Shown: positions 11,853 through 24,400 of the stretch, piece by piece
Position numbering within the stretch: the first letter of the stretch is position 1
Layout: the number at the start of each line of letters is the position of its first letter
From: Raillietiella orientalis
Lineage: Eukaryota
Assembly (NCBI GenBank): GCA_036172245.1
Contig: JAYWIR010000004.1
Location: 4,898,001 to 4,962,000 of the forward strand
Reading direction: 5' to 3'
Length of the DNA: 64,000 bases
Position numbers and translations under genes: made by a program
Notes under the pieces: generated by a model
Databases searched by the model: none
Told to the model about the DNA's origin: nothing
What the model saw: only the letters and a program-made list of their open reading frames with translations

Positions 11853-13598
11853 ACATCTTGCTATCTGACTCCAAGAAAGAGGCTGCAAGAGAAGCTATAC
11901 CAAAGTTCGATGCACCTGGATTTGGTGCAGCAAATCCAGATGCACACACTCTTCGAGTTGACTTTTCGAAGGAATTATACTCTTGATCCTGCTCTACGGT
12001 GATTTAACCCTAATTTGAAAAGAATTCGAGAATTATTGAAGGCAGCATCAGAATTCGAATAGAGAAAACGCTTGAATCTTAAAATGATCACGAGAAGGAA
12101 GAAATGAAAAATGCCAGTAATTGACAGCAGTTTCCAGGAAAAAGTAATCAAAAGTAAATGTGCGAACACGAAAGCAGCCGGAATTGAGGAGAAGGTAGCC
12201 TACAGAGAACGGAATACATTACCGTACTAGTAGTTCCAACGAATCCGTAGTAATACCGCTAAGTATGAATTACATTAATGTTAAATGTCCCAATGACTGA
12301 AACCGAAAGCAAACAAAAGTCAAACTGAAACAGTGTCTCACCACCCACCCTTTCCGTCGAAAAATCAGTTTTGCATTGTACTTCCATCTTGATTTCTCCC
12401 CACGGTCCCTTGGGCAGTTTGGTCACACTCTGTCGTTTTCCTCAGAGCTTGCAACTATCTGCTTGACGGCCTGTTGCCATGATCGTATCGGTTCTGGGAA
12501 AGTTCGCATCTCGATAACGCGAAACTCCCCAATTAATTCTTCGATTTTCCCTGATTTGGGTCCTCGTTCGCGTTACCCTGACTGAAACGACAGAGTGGGG
12601 TCTTCACATTTGCTGAAACCATCCTTTGTTGAAACCTTCATTAGTCAAAGGACCTACGATCCAAGGAAACTGGAAAAGAATCTGATTGTAGTTGATCTGT
12701 GGCACCCGGGTGTATTTTCCAAGATATCGTTCCGTGATTACGTTTGGTCCAAAGGAAAACGACCTTTCCTTTGGAATTTAAGGAAATCGTTCCTGACACA
12801 CGTTCAGTGATGCCATATATTACCGACTGAATTATTATTACTATGTTGCACATGTTCAGTGACGATTGTGTCGATATTAGCCAAACACATTATTACACGA
12901 AATACACCGCAATTCAAATGATTCCGTATAACTGTAATATATGCAAGAAAAACATAAACAAATCATTATAGAAACTAACAAAATGAGATTTTCGCTCTTT
13001 TCATTAAAAAAAAAATCTTCGAATTATGAAATGATTGCGAACAAGTACTTTGTACAAAACGGTCGTTTTGTATGTCTTCGATTAAAATGAATCGCTTGTT
13101 TTTCATCGAATCCTTTTCTGCTCATTTTCCTTATGGCACATTCCATTTTGGAAGCAAATAGCATCGGATATTATTGAATGTGTAGAGCACCCCCATTTTA
13201 ATTTTGGATTTTGGCTCTGATTCCATTCAAGATTTCGATCTTTGTATCGATGCATGAAAGTTAAGAGTTTCTTCGGTGCGAGTTACAATTCGAAAAGTCC
13301 AAGGTGTGCGCCTATCAAAAGCAAAGGTCTCTTTCTGGATTTGCCTCTGAAGATTTTCCTAAGACATCAGACGATGTGTATGTTTGTGACATTTGTGTTT
13401 CTGTCTGAAAAGTGGGCAAGCACTCACTATGCAAGGCAGAAGGAATAGGTAAGTGAGGAGATAAATGAGCGCCAATTGAATGCATGGCATTCAAAACAGG
13501 TGCAACTCAATGACGGGGTTACTGCAACTTTCATCAGTGGATCTCCAGAATAAATTTTATCTGCCTCCACTTTCAAATAGCCTTCATAACAGACACTA

Positions 13599-13745
13599 GG
13601 AGGAAGAGTTGAAAGAAATCATCGTAAGCACACTTGTTGCTGTTGCAGAAGAAAGAGGTTCTTTGACTGTAGCCGTTTCTTGTTCTTGAAATAATGAGGA
13701 AGTAATTAAGAATTCCGATTTGCTCTCAATTAATTCTCATAGTTG
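13599..13745 (+). repeat. Diverged ~145-bp direct repeat, copy 2
   Basis: Aligns by eye with 11708-11852. Confidence 0.75.
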
Positions 13746-15374
13746 ACATGAAATTCAAGCCGGCAGCTTAGAGGTACCCATAGTATTTTATATCCTCTGG
13801 ATGCTGCAATCATTATAGAAAGTTTTATCTTGCAGAAACTCGTTACGGCAGGAATGATGTTTAGTAGAGTGTGCTAAAAACGATGGCAAGCAATCTTCCT
13901 TGCCTTTGTTCTTCCATTTAGAGCTCTCCGTTATAATGGATGCTTCCAAGATTTTGATAGTCAAAAAACGAAAGGAAGGCAGGCGTTATTGGAGATGCTT
14001 CTGCCCAGTAATGTTTTCCCGAAGACCATTCAAGATACTCTTACACTAAAAGGTATTAATTTTAAAGGACGCTTCGCTTATCTGATATGCAATCAAATAA
14101 ATAGGTAGCAAACTGATTGATGGACCACGAGATTTCCGAATGAAACACCTGTTTGATCTGTGGGATGATTGGAAATATATATGTTTCCAGAACATGGTCT
14201 ACAGGCGTCGTTTATTTTTTATTTCTGGGGATCCTCTTATTGCTGCCCGCCCATCCATTTCTTATTAATTAATAAAAAAAACACTCCTGAAGATCAAAAT
14301 AAAGTCACTTGTCGCATTGACCTAATAAACGGAATTTCTTCGGAACCATATTGGTGCAGCAGGAATTTATGTGCCCATGTTTAGGGATGGCACACTTGTG
14401 TTCCTTCTTTGTTGTTGTGGTGGTCGTCCTAGCTCCTCCTAATGCCTGAGATAGATAACAAATCCTTCTCAATCTCTTTGGTCAAGAATATCAAGACGAT
14501 AACAGTTGGAAGCTTGAAGAGGCACAGAGAGATGCTGCAGAGCTCTCCACTGGCAATCACTCTTCGTTATATGCCTTATCGCATCAATAACCGTTCTAAT
14601 GTTATTCTTCTTTACGACGAGGAGAGGTTTGATTTATGAAGAGAGTTGGCAACAGTAACAAGGGAAAGAAACACTTTTTTTGATGAGCTCTGGGATATTT
14701 TGCCAGCCGAAAAAAGTAAAATAGTTTTTTTTTTTTTTCTTAATAAAAGAGCATGTACAATTCTACCTCCTATCCTTTATTTATCTCACCATATTCTTTT
14801 CCTCATTCTTTTCAAGACAGGTTCTGAGGGGTTGAGGACGCTCAATTAAAAGAAAGGCTTGGCTTAAAATCAAAAAATTCATCTCTGCGTGAGTTCCAAA
14901 GAGCTGTATAAAACAAAAAAGGATAACCCAAAAAGCAAAAGAAATGTTGGCGGTCAAGTCGGGCATATACGGGATGGCGTATTGGGAAAATGGGTAGAGT
15001 AACGAAAAAGAGTCCGTAGCAGATTTGGAAAATAAAACCTCCCAATGCTGCAAGACTGTAAATTCCCTTTATGCTTTCCCTGGTTAAAATAGCAACAGAA
15101 CAAATTGAATAAGATCACATTTGCTATTCTCAGCATATCTTGCAATTTGCACAAATATTCAAACACTGCATTCCTTTCTAAGGAATCTTGAGGTATTACC
15201 AGAGGCATATTTTCGAATAGTCGGTGATAGGAACGACATGTTGGGGCTGTCCACTTCCTTCTCGCAGCTGAAACTGCATCGTAGTCTGCATCCTTGAGTA
15301 GTCAACTTTGGGTAAAAGGGAACTGACGTGAAGAAGTATACTGAATCGAATCCCGAAAGTCGGAAGTTCCTCTT

Positions 15375-15401
15375 TCAACACATCATGGTCGATTTCAGCC
15401 A
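15375..15401 (-). CDS. CalpC: CalpC last coding exon (WLKSTMMC-stop)
   Basis: ctctcag|TGG CTG AAA TCG ACC ATG ATG TGT TGA; typical calpain EW...C terminus. Confidence 0.85.
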   Translation of the reverse strand, partial: WLKSTMMC

Positions 15402-18400
15402 CTGAGAGCCACTGTATCGGGAAGAGAAGTCAGTTTCCGAACTTACCTCATAAAGAGTCAGTTTCACTGTCCCGTATCTCTGCGTGTCCTTCTTAATAAA
15501 TAGATCTAGATAAAATACACGAAGCACAAATTAGTAGAAAGATATCAGATGAACGAGCATCACACTGGAATCACAATCCTGAAAGATACTTTAACGTAAC
15601 TCACTGAATGCTATGTTGAGATGTAAGACAGCTAAAATGAAGTCTCCGAACCGCAGAGTGCCATCTTTTCTCATGTATTTTAAGGTGAGCACAGACAGAA
15701 GTTCCGTGTTAAGATCGAAACCTGAAACACCCCCGCTGTAAAATGTCACGATCTCGGCATTCTAATACAAGCTGAAGTGAATTTGAGGAAAAGCTGTTGC
15801 TACTTTTGAGCTGTTTGCTCACATGAGCAGTGCGTGTCGCAAACGCACTTGGATGGCAAACTGTAGATAGCCACTTGAAGGAGAGCCCGCTTTTCCTCTC
15901 CATTCTCTCGTTTGCTGTGATTAAATCGCAAGCAATCGCAGGCTTAACGAATGTAATAAGTCAGCATTAGAAATCGATATCGAACAATCGAACCATTATC
16001 TCGATTGAATACTGATATGGCCTTGCGCAATTCTATCTGTGTGCGGATTTCTTTGCCAAGGATCACAAGATTGCCTGGAAAGTAATTAGGCAAGTGCCGC
16101 CTTTTCTAGCAACTCGAAGTAATTGATTTCCACCCTTAGGTTCTTCCCTATGGGGCAGTGTCTATGGTGGTGGTGCTTCGTGGTGTTGGGCATTGGAGTT
16201 GGCTCTATGTTGTGCAGCAAAGGAGGAAGTAGGCATCCAGCATGTTCGTACAATCTTCAGTATTAGCGATCCAAACTCGGAATAAGTTATTAAAAAAGGC
16301 ATCCGTCCCTTCAGCTCGAGAACACTACCAAGGTGAAAAGATTACCGCGAGTTGCAGATTTCTTGATGGACACGGGATGGTAATCTTTGCGACATCCCCT
16401 CACACTGGAGGGGTCACCATCCCTCGCCCTTGCTTCAGACTTGGAGCAACAGCATCCCTGTGTGCTTATGAGTAAAACAAACGGATGAACATCTACTACA
16501 TTGGCTAATTAGGGCTAGCGTTGCACTTTAACTAGAGACCTTTTGCCGAGCTTTATTCAGAAAGACCGTCTCTTGAAAACAAGTTTGCGTTTTTCAAATA
16601 ACGATATTTGGAAAAGGAAAATAAGCTCAGAAATTTGCAATGATTTGAAGCAATGCGAGCTTTGTTATAATTCTTCAACATTCGTGCATTCCTTAGAGTA
16701 TTACTCGAGATTTCTTTTTCTTTCTTTCTTTCTTTCTTTTTTGATGTATAATATTGCCTTGAATAGTGAATGTAACACGATATTCTGTAAAAAAGAAAAA
16801 AAAGCTATTTTCTACGAGAGTTTATTCGAACTGAAGCTCGCAAGTCGTCTTCTGTGCCACGAAGTCCGTAATCTGCCTGCAAAATCTTGCCCATAGATCC
16901 CTGAGAAAGGTGAAATTCTTTTAAAGTTTGTATTTAATCAATCAAGGATGGAAAAAAAGGGTTGCCATACTTTGACCATGCATGCCGCAAAGCAGGGAAA
17001 ACGTATATGCACCCTTTAGAAGGACTTGTCATAAACTGCACCGTTCTGTTGTACAAAAACGAAAACAGATCCATTTAAAATATTTTTTAATTGCTATTTT
17101 CATTTGCGTGGATTGTTCGCTAATAGTATATTGTGCAATGGTGAAGAACTGATTAATATTCAAAAGCTTCTCGTTCAACAAACCACGCAACTTCGCATTC
17201 GTCTGTTAATAGTCAGCTGCATTCGTTACTCCTAGATTTACCAATTATCGCAATTACTATTCAAGATTTCTATCACTGCTATCATCAATAACTGTTTGAC
17301 TATCAATTGGGTCGCATCAATATGACACGGCTCTTACAGTCTGGCTACATTTTCGAGAGTCGAAGATGTCTTCAGGATCCCGGGCATTCCAAATGGAAAG
17401 CTTGTGTAAACACTTCATCTCACCAAATGTGCTCACACTCTTGCTAAGGCCAACATTCTTGGTGTTGGAGAGTGTCTTTGCGTGCTGAACACTGGTCGCT
17501 TTCTGCACCGACAAGAAACCTGGGATCGTGGAAAGAGATACACATGCTAACAGGCTGGATAGATGAAGTAGGAGGCGACACGGGGCCAGTTTCGAATCTG
17601 CTCCTTCGTAGGTGTGATGCAGCGGACGCGAGAAACGAGATCAGAGACCTACCCTGATAATGCTGCTCCATTCGCAGCTTCGAAACGCGGGTGTGCATGG
17701 AGGGATCAAGAGCGGCGTGCGTTCTTCGTCGCTTTGAATCATCGAGTACGATCGGACCCGCGAATTTTGGATACTGGCCAAGTTCTTTTCCGACAGAATT
17801 TTTGCTTCCTCTCATGCACGGATGGAAAGGTTTCATTTCGAAGGATCCCCCTGTTCTGCATTTCCACGAGACTCTTGCAAAAAGGATTCCTCGCCCCGAA
17901 CGTGCAGATGTGAAATTCCAGTACTCCCTTTGCGTGCTGGAATCTCGAGCTCTGCACACAGCGACCACGGTCCCTACGAGCACTGCCAAAGCAAACTGCC
18001 TCCATGTGAATCGCTCTTCGTCTTGTCGGCTTGCTGAAATGCATTTCCGTTTGCTCTCGATGGACAGATTCACGGACGTCTTGGTGCGAAGGTGTGACTT
18101 GGGGGCAACTTCCAGAAAACTATTGACTTTTGTTTCCTCTCCTTGAGGATGTGTGTCTACGGAGAATAGGGATGTCATGTGTGTTTGAACGGAATTTTTG
18201 CAATCTTGAAACGTTCTCGTTATTTTCAAAAGTGATGGTCTTTAAGTGCATAAGAGAGTGGTCGGTAAAGATGCCCGCTGAGATTGAGTAAAATCATACA
18301 CCACAGATCTCTGTTGCAAAGCAGAATCCAGAAAGGATACGAGATGAAAGCTGCGTGCAGCTTTTCTCCAGACAAATCTTTTGGTTCGACATTCGCCAGA

Positions 18401-21400
18401 TTTCCTCAGATTCGCCCGGCTTTGGTGCAACTTCCTTCGTTTCTTTCGATCATAGGTAGCAAACCCAGATTGAGGAACAGAAAAGGCGCATAGAAGTACA
18501 TTCCGTAATCGGATAGATTAAGAGCTTCAGATTAGGGACTCCAGATGCAATTAAAACGGGACCGTTCACTGTCTGCTGTGGCATTAAACGGGACGCTCTT
18601 GAGTCACAGGGGAAAGTAAAACTTTGAAACGCGCGGTCTAGTTGATATTCGTCAATTAGACACTTTTTACTCGACACAGATGACTACATTGGATAGTTGA
18701 CTCACCTACTTCTGCTAAACAGTCTCTCAATCTTTCCGCTCGTAATATCCCGGTTTTCTCTTTCGTGTGGTTTTTGTAAACATTCTGCCAATGTTTCAGA
18801 CTGGACAAAAACTGCTTGAAATTGCTGAAATCTAGCCTTCCTCTGCTTTCGTTCTGGAAATATCCGGGAATTGCTTCCTGTTTTTTTTTTTTTCTTTTTG
18901 TATGTAAGAGAGAGGGAGAGGGAAAAAACCTTACATCATAGGTAAGCACGACTTCTTTGCAAACTTCCAGAGTTGCGCAGCTCTTCACGTAATCTAAACT
19001 GAGCTTGTATTGAGGAACGGCTAGTAAAGCTCACCATTAGGAAGGCAGTTATCGAGAAGCTCCTGAAGATCGAAAACGCTGATGCGCCTGTGCTCGTCGG
19101 CTAACTGCATGAACATGGAGTAGTACTGGACGAAGCCGTTCTCCCCGACGAAAGACTGCTGAAGTACGAAACGAAAACAAAGAAGCAAAAAGAAAAAAAC
19201 AAATGCATAAACGAAGCGTCCTCAGACGTCTTTCCGAGCATGCATTCTTGATTTGTTTGGCAACCATATCTTTGCAGAGACACCTCTGAGGTTTCAGGCA
19301 ACCGAGCCGCAGTCGACGAACCGATTACCAGGTCTCTCGATGCCTTCCCAAACAACATCGCCCACCGTTTGTTTGTTACGCGTCTCAAGACAGCATCTCG
19401 CTAGCAGCATCGCATCAGACAAAGAACAGGAGTGGTGGTAGCAAGCGCCGGCTTATTGCGTTTAAAGTTCATAAGGATACGGAGATGGCAAATAAGGTAA
19501 TTTTTCGGAGGTGGTCCTCTGGGTGTCTATCTTCGGGTTCCCCTAATTCGGCTTTGCGAAAGAGGATTTTTGTTGCTTTCAGTTCTTTGAAGCACTGATT
19601 TCTTCCAGCCCTCAGGGACAATGTTCATGCTCTCGATGAAAGCACAGCAAACTCCCGTAATTACTTCTCATCATTCTGAAGAGCGTTTAGTTCGACATCT
19701 CTGAAAGCATTTTGGATTTTCCTGCTTCTCGAGAAACCAGCGCACTTACCTTTGGCACATTTCGTATTCGGCAAGGTCAGTGATTAAGGAAAGATTTATA
19801 AAGCTTGTCAGTAAGACCAAAGCTCTCGATGACACTTTCCGTAAGTTTGCAAGGCGTTTTTCCGGCATCCAAATGTTTGCAGGATGTTTCTGGATCATTC
19901 ATCTCGCAACTGCATCGGGTGTCGAAAGATCTCGGGTCGGTTGCATGCGCAATTGCCATTGTAAGTCGTGTTGCAAGTATGTTTCACATTTGGCTCGGGA
20001 GCCCTCGACTCAGGATGGATTCCGTCTTGAGCACGAGTGCGAGGGAAAGACTTCAGGATATCAGCTCTTAAGATAGATCGTTCGAAATTCATCTTATCGC
20101 GTAAAGCATTTGGTTCATGAATCCCATTTCGTTATTCACCCCAATGGAAGGCTGATGGAATAGATAATTCTTTTGATCAACTCTTTGCCACTCAAACTAA
20201 TGTCCTGAGCTGGTGAGGAAACCTTTACTTTTGTTAGAAATGGGATTCATCAAATACAAGCTGATTTCTTCCTGGAATTTCTCCATTAAGCATCGCATCA
20301 ATTTGTCAAACTCCTTTCCAGTCTGATAAAAGAGGTTTTTGGTTGTCGGCGCATTGCTCCCCCAGCGGACATCGGATGTCCTTCATGCTTGCACACGTTC
20401 ACACGTAACTTTGTTTCGGGGGAGGCGCCTCGCTAAATGATTCGAGGAAGCTGTTCTCGACTGCCATCGGATTTCAAATCCCCGTCCACCCCTTTGCAGC
20501 TTGAACTCCCAGCAGGAGGTGATTAAGGCAGGCAATAAGGACCACCACCACAATAAAATGTGCAATGCGTAACGTGCAGTGCAAGGATCGTGTAGTTCAA
20601 CTACCTGACCCTTTGCGTTTATGTTCGGATGGGTGCTCAGTTGGTGTTTTGAGTAAACAGTAAAAAACCAAAACAGAGAAGGTGCGCTTACCTGAAGGAA
20701 AATCGGCTTCGTGATGGAAGGAACGAAATCCAGATACCTGAAACAACTCGTTTTCATCTTCCAAAGAATTATGAAAATTATTTATTGGCGTTCGCTTTTC
20801 GCAAACGCGAGCTCGAAGCATTTATTTATTGGGTCTCTCAGCACTTGAAGCACCATCTGTCTGGAGCTGCAAAATCGAGCAAAAGGAACGAGTAGTGAGG
20901 AAATTTCGGAGGAATGGATCCAAAGGGAGTCCCGAGTGAATTGCTCGGGGTTGACTTTTGACGCAGCTGAGAATGGAAGCAAAAGGCTGACATGAACGGC
21001 ATTCTCCAGAAATCCACCGTGAATGCGTCAGATAGTTTTCGGTCGGATTCTCTTTTATCATAAAAAAATGGAAATGGGAAACTCTACAAATGAATGCATT
21101 TTCTTTTGCATCCTTTTTTCCAAAAGAGATTGCTTAGCATTTAATCATGTGAAGAACTGTGCAGCGCTATCAAAAACAGGTGGATTTATTTCGGTGTCTG
21201 TTGAAAGAAGTAGCGTGCCTTTGTATTCCTGCAGTAGTTTTATTGTTCCGAAAGTGTCCATCAACGTGCCCATGGCCTGACCTCTAACACGAATCAAATG
21301 AGCAAGGCGCAAGTGAAAGAAGAAGAAAAAAATGCAACCGTGAAGAAAAAAACACAAATCATAAGTCCCTTTCTGTATCCGCGGTTTTGATGACCACGAT

Positions 21401-24400
21401 TACCCCACATTACGAAACATATTAAGAGCATTAGTCCGTCCTTTAGATAACCATGAGAACCTCAGGAGCGATCGACCTTTCCAGCTGACTTTAATGTGAA
21501 TAAAAAGCGTGTCCCACAATGATCCATGTTGCCAGCTACCGAAGAATGAGAAGGAAAAAAAAAATGATCCCGTTTGATGTCGGGCAAAGTACCGAAGACT
21601 AGTCTTCTATATCTGATCGCGGTTAGAAAGTGATTCGAAGCATTATACGAAAACCGTAACGGTGTTTTATTAAATTCCACTTCCTTTTGATAGGAAATTA
21701 ACGGAAATTATCGAAAATTAAGGTATCCCAGCGGATGCCTTTCAGGAAATCGCTTCGCACAAAGCCTAGGAATGTTTGAGAATGCAGCAGGGGAGGAGAA
21801 ACGTGGAACTTCTGCTCGGAGGAAAGCTCTTGTCACGCCCGTGATGCTGCGCTACGATCGAGAGTGCTGGATGTTCGCCGCTATTGGCAATTCAATTCGG
21901 TTGACACCACCTTATTTGTCTGAGAGAAGGTTCGGACCACATCTGCACAACCGCCGCTCTTCCCTATCAGCGGATGAGAAAGGATAGGAAGGGGCATTCG
22001 GCGCGATAAGGATTAGCAGGCATGTTCGCATGTGAGGAGCCAAGATCGGAATATTCAAGAAAAGCAAGTGGGAACACGTCCGAGTGCCTCCTGCCCCGTC
22101 CCTCTGCGTGCGGTGCACGCGCGAAGGACGAGCGTCGACGATAAATCTGTCATCCGCTCTTCGGTTCAACCCTATGCGTTCGACACGGAGCCGAAACATC
22201 GCTGCCTGGCAACACGGTGGAAGGATGCACGGCAGGATTCGGAGCTCTGGAACAGGGGGGATACGTGAGGCGTTCCCTCGAAGAGTACGCTGCGCTCTTC
22301 CATTTCCCTTTAAACAGAAACCAACTAATAATTAGGACAAACTGAAGCGCAGAAGAAATTCTTTGTTCTATGCTGAGAGTGACCAGCACTGCTAAACGAA
22401 CACACCACCCACCTGGCTCCGAGCAAAGTAGAACACGAGGAGAAGGCATTCGTAAGTCCAGAACAAAAATAGCCCTACTGCCAATGCTTTACCTTGCCGC
22501 TGTAAGGTAACCTTTCTCGATAAACAGTGCTGATTCTGGGCTGGTCTTGGTGCTGGTCAGTTCGGACGTCAAGGTAATTCAAGGTCAAACTAGAGCAGTA
22601 ATGTCTTTGAGGAACTGAAGCTTTTCGAGCAACAGCATCGCAGGAATTTCTGTACATGTACACTGCCTGGCATGAGCATCGCAAACTGCCAGGTGGAATG
22701 CTGCTGAATGCTGCTCTTATCAGGATTTTTTTTTTCTTATTTTTTTGTGTTTTCAGAAGTGAGGTCAACTGACTCGAGCTGATCACGACGTAGTCGGTAC
22801 CCAAGAACTTGGATACCGACTACGTCGACTCTTCGACAGCCGTATAGGCTATCGAAGAATCGGCGTGTCGTGGAACAGACAAGGTCACGCTGACTGTTTC
22901 CAAGTTTCTCGGCTTCTCGGACCCAGTAAAAGGCTCGGCTGTTCTTTGCTGCAGTCACGTTACCGATCTCGTGAAACACTGCTTTGAAACTTTGATTTCG
23001 TAGCACACCAGGACAAGACTCGCATTTCCAACCAGAGAATGGTCGTTCAGCGCCATTTTCAGACTGGAAATGCGCACAGAGCCAATTTTGTAGAGAGGAT
23101 CTTCTCAAGAAAAAAAATCATGCTCTTCCTCGAATTAACTTATTACTCCTTGGCATCAGAATCAATCACTTTACAGGAAGGAAAAACGGCCGTCTCCCTG
23201 TGCTGCCATGCATGGATTTCTGCGGTCACGTCGAGGGGGAGGGAACGAGGAAAATCCTTCCTTCCTTCCTTCCTAACATGCAATTTCCCAGGGCGCGTGG
23301 GCTAAACGGACGAATACGAAACTCGTGCAGCGCAACCACACCCCCTCCTTGATGCCGGATGCGGGCGCGGCGTGGTGCAGCCCGTCCGTTCTTGCCCACA
23401 TGGTGGAGGCCCGCCTTCCGCGCGGTCCGCTGTTGTCGACGCGATCCCGGCTGACGAAGAGGGCGCCGAGATGCCGGAAGCGCGTAAAGCAGAGAAAGCT
23501 CCGCACTCGAGAAAAGCGAACGGAGAGAGCTCTTGGTGAAGGAGGAGCAGCTGAGAGCAGAAGCAAGGTTGCCCATCTGAGCGAGGAGGAGGAGTTGCAG
23601 CTCACGCTTCCGGTATTTTCCCTCCTCCCTCCCCTCCCTGAAAATCAAGGAAGAGGAAGACGGAGGAGACTTACACGATGTGCAGAGGATGCCTCGATAG
23701 AATCCGCAGAGTGAAGTCTGCTTCCTCACCTGGCTCGAAGGTGGTTGGCACCAACAAGTAGAAACCCTTTTGCAGACAGCACCGTTGGCTCACCTTAGCA
23801 TTCCTTGCAGATGAAAACGCAGGATGCTTATAGTAGTATGCTTACCTGCTTGCTGTTTGTGTACTGGGAGTTTAGCAGGCTCTTTGTCTTTTTGAAAAAA
23901 CCCTGGGGCTGAGGCTTGCAGAGCGCCATGTCACCCATGAGATCCTGCATCTGGAAGATGCTGAACCCGATGACTTTTGGTTCCAAGATGGCATTCTGGC
24001 TAAGAAAGACTATGAGTTCCTCATCCTTCGCGATGGACAGCAGCAGCTGAGGATTGATGTAGAAGGTATCTGGGGGCAGAGGGAACGTCAGAGCCACGCA
24101 AACCGGCTTGCTCCACCAGGATAGTTTCTGCATCCCCCTGCCGTGACTCCGCGCTGCCACGACCCGTTGTACATCTCCATGATCCAATGGTTCTTGTCCG
24201 CAAACACCGGTTCATCTTTGCTGGTTTCTTCATCCAAGTGGATCAGTTCCAAGTGCGTGAATATCCTCAGGAAATCCGAGTACAGCATCCTTAGGAAAAG
24301 AACTTTTAGATGGAGGTGTCCACGGAAGACCCAGCCTTGATCCCTTCCTTCCGCGTTCCGAAGCCCTGAGACGGAAAAGGGAGATGCTCTGGACCTTTGG

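Noticed and set aside
12342..12420. Minus-strand ...IFRRKGWV|gtgag as the missing TTLL9 first exon
   Set aside because: Similarity limited to GWV, an in-frame stop lies shortly upstream, and there is no start codon or good acceptor.
17444..18229. 261-aa ORF inside CalpC intron 13 as a nested gene
   Set aside because: No recognisable domain, starts at a non-ATG codon, and no supporting splice structure.
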